NCBI GenBank assembly: GCA_049965455.1
Contig: JBMFWH010000004.1
Location: forward strand, 1 to 59,105
Direction of reading: 5' to 3'
Length of the DNA stretch: 59,105 bases
Source of the DNA: Thermoplasmata archaeon
Lineage (GTDB): Archaea; Thermoplasmatota; Thermoplasmata; Thermoplasmatales; ARK-15
Notes under the pieces: model-generated
The model's input: the letters and a program-made list of their open reading frames with translations, nothing else
The model's database searches: none
What the model was told of the DNA's origin: nothing
Position numbers and translations under genes: made by a program
In this document: positions 1 to 10,068 of the stretch, piece after piece
How the letters are laid out: every line of letters starts with the position of its first letter
Position numbering within the stretch: the stretch's first letter is position 1

Positions 1-8
1 TGTTCAAA

Positions 9-785
9 ATGATAACTTTAGATAATGTATCCATTAGCTATGGAAAGAGTATTGTAATAAAAAATCTTAATGCAAAAATTGAGGACGGTTCTAAATGGTT
101 CATTATAGGGCCAAATGGGTCTGGTAAGTCCACATTCCTAAAATCATTGATAGGACTAGTGAATTATAAGGGTACTATAAAAATAAACGGTAGTGATTTA
201 AGATCAGTTAAGAAGATTAATACCAGTACTAATGTAAAAGAGGCGGTGAATATTTCAAGTTATCTGACAGTTTCTGAGTTTATTAAGTTCCATACTGAAA
301 TTAGGGGGTATGAGTATTCTAAAGCTATAAATATGTTAGAGGAACTAAAAATGTCGGAAATTCTGCATTTTAAAATTGGCAAGTTATCCACAGGGCAAGA
401 AAAAATGGCATATAATATAGCAGCAATTGCTACAAACTCAGATCTTGTAATTCTGGATGAACCTTTTGAAACTGTTGATCCTTGGAGAGTAGAGATACTT
501 TCTAATATTATTAAAGAGAACGTAAAATCATATATTATAGTAAGTCATATAATTGACAATTTATCTATATCAAAAATTTTTAATGATACTCTTTTGTTAA
601 TATTTTTTAGAGGTAATATATTTGGTCCAATCGGGAAAATTGAGGATTCAATAAACCTCTATGTAAAAATCGGATCTAGCAATAATAGTATTTTAAATTA
701 TGAGACCGATATGGGGGAAATATCAATTTTAAGAGATAAAGAAGAAGGTAGTGTCCCATTATATAAGATGGGTGATATATTATGA
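9..785 (+). CDS. ABC transporter ATP-binding protein of the RiPP cluster
   Basis: Walker A GPNGSGKS, signature LSTGQ, Walker B LVILDEP, H-loop VSH; overlaps the next gene (ATGA). Confidence 0.9.
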   Translation: MITLDNVSISYGKSIVIKNLNAKIEDGSKWFIIGPNGSGKSTFLKSLIGLVNYKGTIKINGSDLRSVKKINTSTNVKEAVNISSYLTVSEFIKFHTEIRGYEYSKAINMLEELKMSEILHFKIGKLSTGQEKMAYNIAAIATNSDLVILDEPFETVDPWRVEILSNIIKENVKSYIIVSHIIDNLSISKIFNDTLLLIFFRGNIFGPIGKIEDSINLYVKIGSSNNSILNYETDMGEISILRDKEEGSVPLYKMGDIL

Positions 786-1597
786 AAAGCATAGTCAGTC
801 AACTAACGAAACTTGAGTTCAAATCGATTTTTCGTAATAAACACAATATAATGTGGGGAATTGGGTACATTGTAATCTGGATTTTTATTTATAATTTTGC
901 ATTTCCTGCCCCTCCTCAGGGATATAAGGTAGAATATCTTGCTTCTTATGTTTCCTTTGTAGTATTGCTAGCTGGGAGTATAGCAGTAACCACTACTGCA
1001 TATAGGGTTGCAAATGATGCATTGCCACATATTTATTTATATAGAAGCACAAATGCTAGTTTATATGTCCTTATAATATCGATTCTAGTTCCGGTGTTTA
1101 TATTCGGGGTTATGATCTCTACCCTATCCTTCATTGTTGGATATTTAGTATTTGGATATTCATATGGCATATTTCCAGCTGTGAATATAACAATTCTTTT
1201 AATAGCCTTGATTGAAGTGACTTTTTTTTACATTTCTTTTGGTAGTTTTATCAGTTACATATTATTAAATTTAAAAAGTATAAAACTTATCAGATATATC
1301 ACAATGATTCCCCTGATTTTAGTTTTGGGCCTAATCCTAGGGTTACAGGTTACGAGATCACCTACTCTCGAACTATTATATATCTCTCCTTTTAACGCAA
1401 TATATTCTGCATTTGAATTATCGATAACTGGTTCTTCCAGTAAACTGTTTAATAACCTTGCAATCAAAAATTTTTACCTCTTACTATCTCCAATTTTGTG
1501 GGCAGTCATACTGCTAATATTATCCATTGTTTTTTACGGTATATATTACCTATCCTCTGCTAAAAATGAATTTAAGCTTGAAGATCTCTACGGGTAG
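782..1597 (+). CDS. ABC-2 type permease (putative RiPP exporter)
   Basis: About 6 hydrophobic segments; translationally coupled to the ATPase. Confidence 0.8.
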   Translation: MKSIVSQLTKLEFKSIFRNKHNIMWGIGYIVIWIFIYNFAFPAPPQGYKVEYLASYVSFVVLLAGSIAVTTTAYRVANDALPHIYLYRSTNASLYVLIISILVPVFIFGVMISTLSFIVGYLVFGYSYGIFPAVNITILLIALIEVTFFYISFGSFISYILLNLKSIKLIRYITMIPLILVLGLILGLQVTRSPTLELLYISPFNAIYSAFELSITGSSSKLFNNLAIKNFYLLLSPILWAVILLILSIVFYGIYYLSSAKNEFKLEDLYG

Positions 1598-1612
1598 AAG
1601 GGGTGTAAAAAT

Positions 1613-2530
1613 ATGTTAATAACAAAAAAACAACAGATCTCTCTTTTAAATTTTAATGATTTAAATCCCATATCTTTAGATCGTGACACAAGAATAAATG
1701 AAGGATTATTGCCAATAAACATTAATGAATATCATAATAGATTTTTCAATAAATATGACATTGCGGAACTCTATCACGAAAACAGTAAATTATATCGGAG
1801 TACAGATAGTAATATTGCCTTATCTATTGCACAACTAAAGACTGACCCTGCTTTACTGAGCCAATATTTAATAACCCCAACATATGATACAATATATTCG
1901 ATTGACACCCATGGAATAGTACTAGATGGTAAGGATAAAAGCTTGCGAGATTGCATATTTGGCCGTAAATCAATAAGAAATTATACAGCCAAAGAAATAG
2001 AGGATAAAATATTATTTTCAATACTTAATCTATCTGCCGGGAAAACACGCGAAGAAAGTATTAAGTTTCATGATCAAATACAAAAAATCAGATTCAGGGC
2101 AATACCATCAGGTGGGGCACTATATCCCGTAGATATTTTTATACTATTAAAAAATGTTAGAAACATTGAAAATGGGATATACTGGTATAATCCAAACAAC
2201 TATATTTTGAATCTCCTAACCAAGGATCAAGATAGGATGGATATGCTGGATAAAGCCATGATTGATCAGAATATCTCAAGAGATTATTTTGCACTTTTTG
2301 TCCTTGTTGGAAACTTTTGGAGATCTAGAGTAAAATATGGCCCAAGAGCATATAGATTTGTTTTATTAGAGGCTGGTCATTTGGCTCAGAATATACTTTT
2401 ATCACATGTTTATTATGATCTTGGATCAGTGCCTTTGCAGGCATTTATCGATGATGAAGTTAGTAGAGCCTTATTGATAGATGGGGTGGATATTGCGCCC
2501 TTATATGTCATTGCAGGAGGTACCTATTAA
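1613..2530 (+). CDS. SagB/ThcOx-type FMN-dependent azoline dehydrogenase
   Basis: RKSIR, PSGGALYP, RSRVKYGPRAYR (Lys-Tyr motif), LEAGHLAQN; adjacent to YcaO. Confidence 0.9.
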   Translation: MLITKKQQISLLNFNDLNPISLDRDTRINEGLLPININEYHNRFFNKYDIAELYHENSKLYRSTDSNIALSIAQLKTDPALLSQYLITPTYDTIYSIDTHGIVLDGKDKSLRDCIFGRKSIRNYTAKEIEDKILFSILNLSAGKTREESIKFHDQIQKIRFRAIPSGGALYPVDIFILLKNVRNIENGIYWYNPNNYILNLLTKDQDRMDMLDKAMIDQNISRDYFALFVLVGNFWRSRVKYGPRAYRFVLLEAGHLAQNILLSHVYYDLGSVPLQAFIDDEVSRALLIDGVDIAPLYVIAGGTY

Positions 2531-3616
2531 ATGAAGTATGATAGCAAAAGCTTTTACGACAAGTATACCTTGAATGATAGTTTTTCGATCTTTTATATTT
2601 CAGATAATATTGTTGAGTTTAGATACGGTTTTTTGTCATATTATTCTATTACCTTGCAGGATCCATTGAATAGAGGGAGACTAAAGACTTTAATAGATAC
2701 GATCAAGAATAAATTGGCAATTGAGGAGATTTCGTCTAAATTTGAAGAAGATGAGTTCTTGGACTTGATAAATAAACTAGAATCTGCAAATATATTACTC
2801 ATAAATAGCAATACATCCACAATATTTGATAAGGTTTCAAGGTACATTCAACTGATCTCTGGAAAAACTTATTCGCCGCAAGAACTAAAAAATGCACTCA
2901 GTAAGAATATATATATATTAAACAATGGTGGATCGGGAGAGATCCTTAAAGAATTACTATTGCAACTAGGCTTTAATAATGTTTACCAATTTATGATAAC
3001 CCATAATAAAAATATGGATTCAAGCATAAACCTTACAACTATGAAAGAGAAACTTAAAGATGCTGATATTTTATTATGCATTCTTGATTATTTTGATCCT
3101 ATTCTCCCAAGGATAATAAATGAGTTTGCAATAGAAGAAAACAAGAAATGGGTTTTATCAGCTATTGATGGGATTAATATATTTATTGGCCCTACGTTCA
3201 TACCAAAAGAGACTGCTTGCTATGAATGCATGCAAAATAGGCTTATAGCAAATCAATCGGATTCAGAAATATTTAGTAGGGTATTACCAAATATTATGAA
3301 TGGAAACTGGATCTCTGGTAAAAATTTAATGCCGGTCACATATTCTTATTTAATGGCCTCTATAGCCGCTCAAGAAGCAATGAACTTATTGATTTTAAAT
3401 CAACCAATGCTGATTAACAGATTGCTAATTGTAAATACACAAAATTTTTCATTTTCTATTCAAAAAATACTAAAACTTCCGCGATGTAATGTTTGTGGAG
3501 CGAGAGTTTCTCCAAAACCAATATATCTCTCTATGAGTGAAATCCTTTCGCTCAATGAAAATACGGAATCTGCTTCTGAGCCCTTATTTTTAAAAATAAA
3601 TAAGAATGTGGAATAG
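2531..3616 (+). CDS. SagC-like E1/ThiF-type leader-peptide-binding cyclodehydratase partner
   Basis: GPTFIPKETACYEC and LKLPRCNVCG Zn motifs; N-terminal region compatible with an RRE. Confidence 0.85.
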   Translation: MKYDSKSFYDKYTLNDSFSIFYISDNIVEFRYGFLSYYSITLQDPLNRGRLKTLIDTIKNKLAIEEISSKFEEDEFLDLINKLESANILLINSNTSTIFDKVSRYIQLISGKTYSPQELKNALSKNIYILNNGGSGEILKELLLQLGFNNVYQFMITHNKNMDSSINLTTMKEKLKDADILLCILDYFDPILPRIINEFAIEENKKWVLSAIDGINIFIGPTFIPKETACYECMQNRLIANQSDSEIFSRVLPNIMNGNWISGKNLMPVTYSYLMASIAAQEAMNLLILNQPMLINRLLIVNTQNFSFSIQKILKLPRCNVCGARVSPKPIYLSMSEILSLNENTESASEPLFLKINKNVE

Positions 3617-3629
3617 TGATTGAAGTAAT

Positions 3630-4919
3630 ATGATTGGGTATAGAGTTTTTAAAAGCCCACTTACGGATCAAATACTTAGTCTTTATGGCAACTATACTGG
3701 TATAGCTAAAAGTTTAGGAGCAAACAGTAATGAACTGCCATCATGTACCTATTCTGATATATCTATTGAAGAATGCAATCTTAATGCAATAATGCATACA
3801 AAACATAAAATAAACTTACGCCCCGCATCACTGGACAAAACTATCGAAAAAGCAATACTAAAAGGATTCTCTGAACTTGCGGAAAGGTACTGCCTATTTA
3901 TGTACCCATTTGCATACCCAGATATTCTAACAAAAGGTACATATAAGGGTATCGCACAAAATGGGATTCCACTATCCTTATCCTATGTTAATTTATGGGA
4001 TAACTCTAATAATAAATTTAAGAATTACTGGGCAGAAGGGGTAATATCAAGTTTAAAGTCAGATGATGAGATTATGTGGATTGAGGGGGAGTCAATTACT
4101 AAAAATATAAAAGTATACATCCCGGCACAAATCATTTTTTTAAGTACGAGCTCTTTATTCAATGAAAAATTGTACTGGCTTGGAACCAGCTCTGGAACTG
4201 CATCACACACAAATAGGAATGAGGCAATAATCTCTTCTGTCCTAGAACTTGTTGAGCGGGATAGTATAATGAAATATTTCTACACTAATATCACACCAAT
4301 AGAAGTATCTCCTTTTGGTGAGTCAAAAAAATTATTAAATGAAATTGGTGAAAGTAGATTGTTCAGGTTTTATTTTTTACCAAACGAATTCAAAATACCT
4401 GTCTTTGTTACAGTTTCGCTATCAAGAGATAAAAAGAAGCCTTATGCGGTATTTGGTTCAGGGTCAGGATTAAATCCAGATAGTGCGTTGAAAAAGTCAT
4501 TAATGGAGTCTTTACAAGGCATATCACTTGTAACATATTATACAATAGTAAATGATATCAAGAATAACAAAAAATTTCTGGATCTGGATTCTGGGCCAGT
4601 TTTATATGGAGACCCTAAAAACTCAGATTTTTTAGAGCAATATTTAACATCAACTTCACTTGATTTCGAAAGTGTGTTTGAGTACAATGAATATTCATTG
4701 TATGGTTTGGAAAACATCCTTGAAAGAGTTAAAAAAAATGATTATGATCTTTTTCTTTTTGATATAACCACGGAAGATATTAAAGAGGTGGGGTTAACTG
4801 TCATCAGAGCATATATTCCTCAATTGATCCCATTTTCTGTACCGGCATTGCCGCCAGTTTCACATCCTAAATTTGATGATGTGAAAAATATTACCCCCTT
4901 TGTCCATCCATTTCCATAA
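3630..4919 (+). CDS. YcaO (SagD-like) cyclodehydratase
   Basis: SELAERY, TSSGTASH, ELVERD, ALKKSLME and Pro-rich C-terminus PFVHPFP typical of azoline-forming YcaO. Confidence 0.92.
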   Translation: MIGYRVFKSPLTDQILSLYGNYTGIAKSLGANSNELPSCTYSDISIEECNLNAIMHTKHKINLRPASLDKTIEKAILKGFSELAERYCLFMYPFAYPDILTKGTYKGIAQNGIPLSLSYVNLWDNSNNKFKNYWAEGVISSLKSDDEIMWIEGESITKNIKVYIPAQIIFLSTSSLFNEKLYWLGTSSGTASHTNRNEAIISSVLELVERDSIMKYFYTNITPIEVSPFGESKKLLNEIGESRLFRFYFLPNEFKIPVFVTVSLSRDKKKPYAVFGSGSGLNPDSALKKSLMESLQGISLVTYYTIVNDIKNNKKFLDLDSGPVLYGDPKNSDFLEQYLTSTSLDFESVFEYNEYSLYGLENILERVKKNDYDLFLFDITTEDIKEVGLTVIRAYIPQLIPFSVPALPPVSHPKFDDVKNITPFVHPFP

Positions 4920-5029
4920 GACTTAGGTAAAAAAGGTATACTATTGTATATTATCCCATATATTTCAGCTTTTATCTTAAACTCAGGAGCTTATTTAGGA
5001 ATAAATTGAAATATTTTGGTGAATTCAAC

Positions 5030-5183
5030 GAGGTTGTCAATTCTCCGTTGAAAATATTAAAAAGAGTATCAATTATCATACCACGCATATTTCAAAAACT
5101 ATTCAAATTAAAAGATCCAGATAAAACCTATATTTTCGGCAAAATAAAATAATATTCACATATCAAGGATAGTTGACATGTCA
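5030..5183 (-). mobile_element. MITE family A, copy 1
   Basis: Reverse complement aligns with 48423-48577 and 44464-44563; imperfect TIR around TGTCAA..TTGACA; no ORF. Confidence 0.75.
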
Positions 5184-5237
5184 GAAAACAAAAAAGTTTA
5201 ATAATTATAATGTAAATAAACAACAGAGGCGAAAAAT

Positions 5238-5711
5238 ATGGAAAGTATACAAGAGCTATTAGAAATGGCTATAAGGGCAGAGATAGATTCTGAGAAGATA
5301 TATTCAGATCTCTCAAAAATGGTTAAGAATTATCTATTAAAAGAGAAACTGGAATTTTTGGCGAAAGAGGAAAATGGGCATAAAAAGATGTTAGAGCACA
5401 TATTTAGTATCAAGTATCCTAACAAGGCGCCGGAGATACCGGAGAGCACGAAAGTACCACTGCCACATATCGTGATAAGAGAAAAAGAGCCCCTTTCAGA
5501 TATATTTAGTCAGGCAATGGACGCAGAAGAGAAAACATCCAGGTTTTATACGGATCTCTCAAAGAGACTGAAAGGAGAAGAATCCAATATCCTAAGCTAT
5601 ATGAGCAATGTAGAAATGTCACATTATTATCTATTAAAAAGTGAACGAGAACTATTATTAAATTTCGAAAACTATGATCAATATTCTGAAATGATGCATA
5701 TAGGGCCATAA
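5238..5711 (+). CDS. Ferritin-like/rubrerythrin-family protein, paralog 1
   Basis: Two E...ExxH half-sites (AIRAE/EENGH, AMDAE/VEMSH); no rubredoxin domain. Confidence 0.85.
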   Translation: MESIQELLEMAIRAEIDSEKIYSDLSKMVKNYLLKEKLEFLAKEENGHKKMLEHIFSIKYPNKAPEIPESTKVPLPHIVIREKEPLSDIFSQAMDAEEKTSRFYTDLSKRLKGEESNILSYMSNVEMSHYYLLKSERELLLNFENYDQYSEMMHIGP

Positions 5712-5791
5712 TATTTTATTTTTTAAATTATTTATTCATTTTTAGAAAACTATTTATTTTAAATGCTATTAATCTATTAGCAGGTGATATT

Positions 5792-6268
5792 ATGACTGAG
5801 ATTGAAGAGATGTTAGAAATGGCTATAAGGGCAGAGATAGATTCTGAGAAAATATATCTGCAGTTATCACAGATGGCTAAAAATAAATTATTGAAAGAGA
5901 AACTGGAATTTTTGGCAAAAGAGGAAAGCAAGCATAAGGAACTCTTAGAGAACATATTTTCCATAAAGTTTCAGGATAGAGAGCTGGAGATCCCACCTAG
6001 CACGAAAGTACCATTACCCCAGATAGAGATACACAAAAATGAGCCATTATATGATATATTAACGCAGGCTATGGATGCAGAAGAAAAAACTGCAATATTC
6101 TACCAGGATCTGTCTAAAAAACTAAAAGATGGCGAAGCTGCAAGCTTGATGCAATATTTAAGCTCGGTTGAAAGGTCACATTATTATCTGTTAGAAAGCG
6201 AGAAAGAGCTATTGATGCAGATGGAAAAATACAGTGGCAATTACAAATATTATAGCCTTAACCCTTAA
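5792..6268 (+). CDS. Ferritin-like/rubrerythrin-family protein, paralog 2
   Basis: AIRAE/EESKH and AMDAE/VERSH; near-identical 5' DNA to paralog 1. Confidence 0.85.
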   Translation: MTEIEEMLEMAIRAEIDSEKIYLQLSQMAKNKLLKEKLEFLAKEESKHKELLENIFSIKFQDRELEIPPSTKVPLPQIEIHKNEPLYDILTQAMDAEEKTAIFYQDLSKKLKDGEAASLMQYLSSVERSHYYLLESEKELLMQMEKYSGNYKYYSLNP

Positions 6269-6903
6269 ATTTTTTTAAAGCCCCTGTGAATCCATTCTTT
6301 CACAACTTTACCACTGTATTTTATCGTTCCTCTAATATTGCGGGAGTTACCACCTGCGTGATTTCCATTTTTTAATATACCTTCAATCGAAAGATCTTCA
6401 ATCTCCAAATACACCCTACCAAGCTCTTCCAGATAATGAGCATCGCTTCCTGCTGAAACAGGAAGATTCAGAGACCTGGCCAGAAGCTCTGATCGCCTGT
6501 TGTTTCCAGGCAAACATCTGCCATTCATGATCTCTATAACATCAAATTTGTTAGCCCTTACATTTTTCTCTTTTAACCCTGTAATGTACCTGTATGGGTG
6601 TACTGCAACTGCTATTCCACCACTTTCATGTATCTTTATAATAGTCTCTTCCACACTCATATCCTTCGGAATATTATCTTTTATCCACAATCCGATCACA
6701 TGACCACTTATGGTGGACACTTCAATGCCCGGGATAATCATAATCTCTTTTTCGTCCTTTACGTTTTCGTATGCACCAAAATTGTTATGATCGGTGATTG
6801 CGAATCCATCCAGCCCGATCTTTTTTGCGTACTTTACAAGATCTTTAGGTTCGGTAGAAGAATCTGGCGAATATTTAGAATGCACATGAAAATCTATCCT
6901 CAT
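6265..6903 (-). CDS. PHP-family metal-dependent phosphoesterase
   Basis: DFHVHS, AITDHN, HP and GSDAH motifs. Confidence 0.9.
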   Translation of the reverse strand: MRIDFHVHSKYSPDSSTEPKDLVKYAKKIGLDGFAITDHNNFGAYENVKDEKEIMIIPGIEVSTISGHVIGLWIKDNIPKDMSVEETIIKIHESGGIAVAVHPYRYITGLKEKNVRANKFDVIEIMNGRCLPGNNRRSELLARSLNLPVSAGSDAHYLEELGRVYLEIEDLSIEGILKNGNHAGGNSRNIRGTIKYSGKVVKEWIHRGFKKI

Positions 6904-9110
6904 CTAACTTTTCCTCCGGGCCTAATGTCACGATCCAACGTAATAAGATGTTCTTTTATGTGAAGTATCATGGGCCTATTTCTGTCAAAAAACAGGATGC
7001 AATATTTTCCAAGCCATTCTTTAGGTGCTCTGTACGGTATTTTATACTGCTTGGATCCCGTTGCTATAACTGTATCCTCCTCTATCTTTTCAATCTTTGC
7101 CACCTCAAATTTCAATTTTTCAAAATTTTTGTATTTGAGAATCTTACCGGAATCAGAAACCAGGTTGTTCGCCTCAACAATCAACCCTGTTTCTTTGAGT
7201 TCTGGAAGCAGTAAGCAAACATGCTCAGAATCATCTGCAGCCAATAGCATGCCTTCTGACTTCACAGCCCTTATCTCTGCAGGCTCTAGATTGTATAAGA
7301 GTATAACATATCTTCCTGCCAGCTCTTCTTTCATATAATGTGTTCTTAATCCCGCGATAAGAGTTCTCTCTTCTCCCCCAACTTCAAGCTTTAGTATGTA
7401 TAACCTGTCAGCATCCGGGTGTTCAGTGACATCAGTGATCCTTGCTACCCGCAGATCCAGCTTTTGCCAATCTTCAAACTGCTCTTCCAGTTCCAGTTTC
7501 TTGAACAAAAGCTCTGGCTCATTCATCTGCATGGATTCTATATCATTCAAGCTCTCGCTCCATGCTATTGCAGATATTTTGCTGTCATAGCCTAGCATGT
7601 TCCATACTCTCTGCGAGGTTACTGGCAGATATGGATAGCCCATTATTGCAAGCGCCCTTGCTAACCTTAAAGATAGGTGCAGTTTCGTCTCGCATTTTTT
7701 AATATTTGAATTAAAAAGGTCCCAGGGTGCGCTGTTATCAAAATAGACATTTGCAAATCTTACCAGCGAAAGCCACTCTTTGAACGCTTTTTTTAAATCC
7801 ACGTTATTGATCATCTCTGCCATAGAATTAGATGTGTTTTCTATCTTCTTTAGCAGTTCTCTGTCCTTGTCATCCAGATCATGCTGATCTGGTACTTTAT
7901 CAAACCTGCTCTTAGTAAAAGTTAGGGCCCGGTTAATAAAATTTGCATACTTGTCAATGAGTTCTTGATTGACCATGTTCACAAAATCTGGAAGCGTAAA
8001 ATCAGAGTCTCTGAGCTCTGGCAAATTTAAGGACAGATAAAATCTAAGCATTTCAGCATCAAAATTTTTAAGAAGATCTGGCATAGTAAACCCGATGCCC
8101 CTGCTCTTTGAGAATTTTGCAAAGTCGAATCTCAGATATTCATTTGCAGGCACGTCGTAGGGTAGTTCTAAGTCTCCATGTGCCATCAACATTGCGGGCC
8201 ATCTTATGGTATGGAATGGTATGTTGTCTTTTCCTAAAAAATAATAATGTTTTGTATCTGGATCTTTCCAGAACTTTTTCCAGTAATCGGGATCGTTAAT
8301 GGATTCTGAATAAGCGATAGAAGCAGATAAGTAACCAATTACTGCTTCAAACCACACATATATCCTTTTATTTTCAAATCCTTTAACAGGCACTTCAACA
8401 CCCCACTCTAAATCCCGGGTGATAGGTATGTCTTTTAATCCCCCTTCCAGATACTTTTTAGTAAAGTTTATAACATTATCTCTCCAGAAATTTTTAGTAC
8501 CTAACCACTCTTTTATCTTTGATTCAAACTCTGAAAGCTTGAAAAACAGATGCTCTGTATCCTTAAAAATGGGGGTAGTACCACATATCTTGCATCTTGG
8601 ATTAATTAAGTCAGAAGGGTCCAGAGTCTTGCCGCAATTATCACACTGATCTCCTCGCGCTTCTGGATTGCCGCAGTAGGGGCAAGTGCCTTCTACATAG
8701 CGATCTGGCAAAAACCTGTTACAGTGCGGACAGTACGGAGATACCATCAATTTTGGATATACAAAACCCTTCTCATAAATTTCGAGTATAAACTCTTTCA
8801 CCACCCTTTTATGTACATTTGAGGAAGTACGCGAATATAAGTCGAAATAAACATTCATTTTCTCAATAATATCCTTATTGAGATTATGATATTTGTCAAC
8901 AATTTCCTGAGGCGATTGGTGCTCTTTTTCAGCAGTAATAGTTATGGGTGTACCATGCTCATCGCTGCCTGAAACCATTAGCACCTCGTTTCCGGTCATT
9001 CTCTGAAACCTGGAAAATATATCAGCAGGTAAAATCGCACCTGCCATATGCCCTGCATGTATCGGCCCGTTAGCATAGGGCCAAGCTACACCGATTAATA
9101 TCCTGGTCAT
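6900..9110 (-). CDS. metG: Methionyl-tRNA synthetase with C-terminal tRNA-binding OB domain
   Basis: PYANGPIHAGH, Zn knuckles, KFSKS, C-terminal HPDADRLY...SEGMLL. Confidence 0.97.
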   Translation of the reverse strand: MTRILIGVAWPYANGPIHAGHMAGAILPADIFSRFQRMTGNEVLMVSGSDEHGTPITITAEKEHQSPQEIVDKYHNLNKDIIEKMNVYFDLYSRTSSNVHKRVVKEFILEIYEKGFVYPKLMVSPYCPHCNRFLPDRYVEGTCPYCGNPEARGDQCDNCGKTLDPSDLINPRCKICGTTPIFKDTEHLFFKLSEFESKIKEWLGTKNFWRDNVINFTKKYLEGGLKDIPITRDLEWGVEVPVKGFENKRIYVWFEAVIGYLSASIAYSESINDPDYWKKFWKDPDTKHYYFLGKDNIPFHTIRWPAMLMAHGDLELPYDVPANEYLRFDFAKFSKSRGIGFTMPDLLKNFDAEMLRFYLSLNLPELRDSDFTLPDFVNMVNQELIDKYANFINRALTFTKSRFDKVPDQHDLDDKDRELLKKIENTSNSMAEMINNVDLKKAFKEWLSLVRFANVYFDNSAPWDLFNSNIKKCETKLHLSLRLARALAIMGYPYLPVTSQRVWNMLGYDSKISAIAWSESLNDIESMQMNEPELLFKKLELEEQFEDWQKLDLRVARITDVTEHPDADRLYILKLEVGGEERTLIAGLRTHYMKEELAGRYVILLYNLEPAEIRAVKSEGMLLAADDSEHVCLLLPELKETGLIVEANNLVSDSGKILKYKNFEKLKFEVAKIEKIEEDTVIATGSKQYKIPYRAPKEWLGKYCILFFDRNRPMILHIKEHLITLDRDIRPGGKVR

Positions 9111-9300
9111 TAAAATATGTAATAGCTATTTATATTTAAAATCTATCGATTCTATGTATATTTTTTCATAGTCACTTTCCTCAGTTTGAACACTGATTAA
9201 TGCAAAGCATACCATTTCACTGAGCAATATAGAAGGATATGCGCTATTATTTTTTGGAGAATATAGAAATTTTAAATAATTATAAATCTATATTGATTAC

Positions 9301-10068
9301 GTGGATAATCTGGTAATAGAAACTAAAAACTTGTCAAAAGCATATGGTTCTAAATATGCATTAAGTAACCTGAACATTCAGATAAAGGAGGGGGAGATAT
9401 ACGGGCTTTTAGGCCCTAACGGCTCCGGTAAAAGTACTTTGATGCGCATATTGGCCGGGCTCTCAATACCTACCTTAGGCACCGCTAAAGTGCTCGGTCT
9501 CGATGTTGTAGCTGATAATTTAAAGATCAAAGAACTAGTGGGATTCATACCTGAAGTACCGGTTTTATATGAATCTTTAACGCCAATAGAATACTTCGAT
9601 TTTATAGCATCAATGCGAAGACTGAATAAGAACATAGTATTCGGGAGGGTTCACGAGCTTGTATTGGCATTTGAGCTGAACGAGTACCTTAACGATTTTA
9701 TAGGCTCTTTATCGTTTGGAACAAAACAGAAAATTGCGATAATCGGAACATTATTGCATAATCCGAAATTAATAATTATGGATGAAGTAATGAATGGATT
9801 AGATCCTAAAAGCGCTAGAATCCTTAAAGACCTTATCAAGAGTTTCAGCAATCAGGGAAAGACTGTGATATTCTCCACGCACATTCTCGAAATTGTTGAA
9901 AATATATGCGATCGGGTTACGATATTGAAAGATGGAACCATGGTAGCTGAGGGAAACGTCAAGGATCTCAGGAATATAGTTTCTGGATCTCTGGAATCTT
10001 TGTTTTTCAAGGTTACGGGAGAAAGTAACTTTGAATCGATCATAAAAGCGATAAGTGAAAAATTATGA
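9301..10068 (+). CDS. ABC transporter ATP-binding protein
   Basis: GPNGSGKS, LSFGTKQ, IIMDE, STH. Confidence 0.92.
   Translation: MDNLVIETKNLSKAYGSKYALSNLNIQIKEGEIYGLLGPNGSGKSTLMRILAGLSIPTLGTAKVLGLDVVADNLKIKELVGFIPEVPVLYESLTPIEYFDFIASMRRLNKNIVFGRVHELVLAFELNEYLNDFIGSLSFGTKQKIAIIGTLLHNPKLIIMDEVMNGLDPKSARILKDLIKSFSNQGKTVIFSTHILEIVENICDRVTILKDGTMVAEGNVKDLRNIVSGSLESLFFKVTGESNFESIIKAISEKL

Noticed and set aside
4920-5029. RiPP precursor peptide downstream of YcaO
   Set aside because: No plausible Cys/Ser/Thr-rich ORF with a start and leader was found
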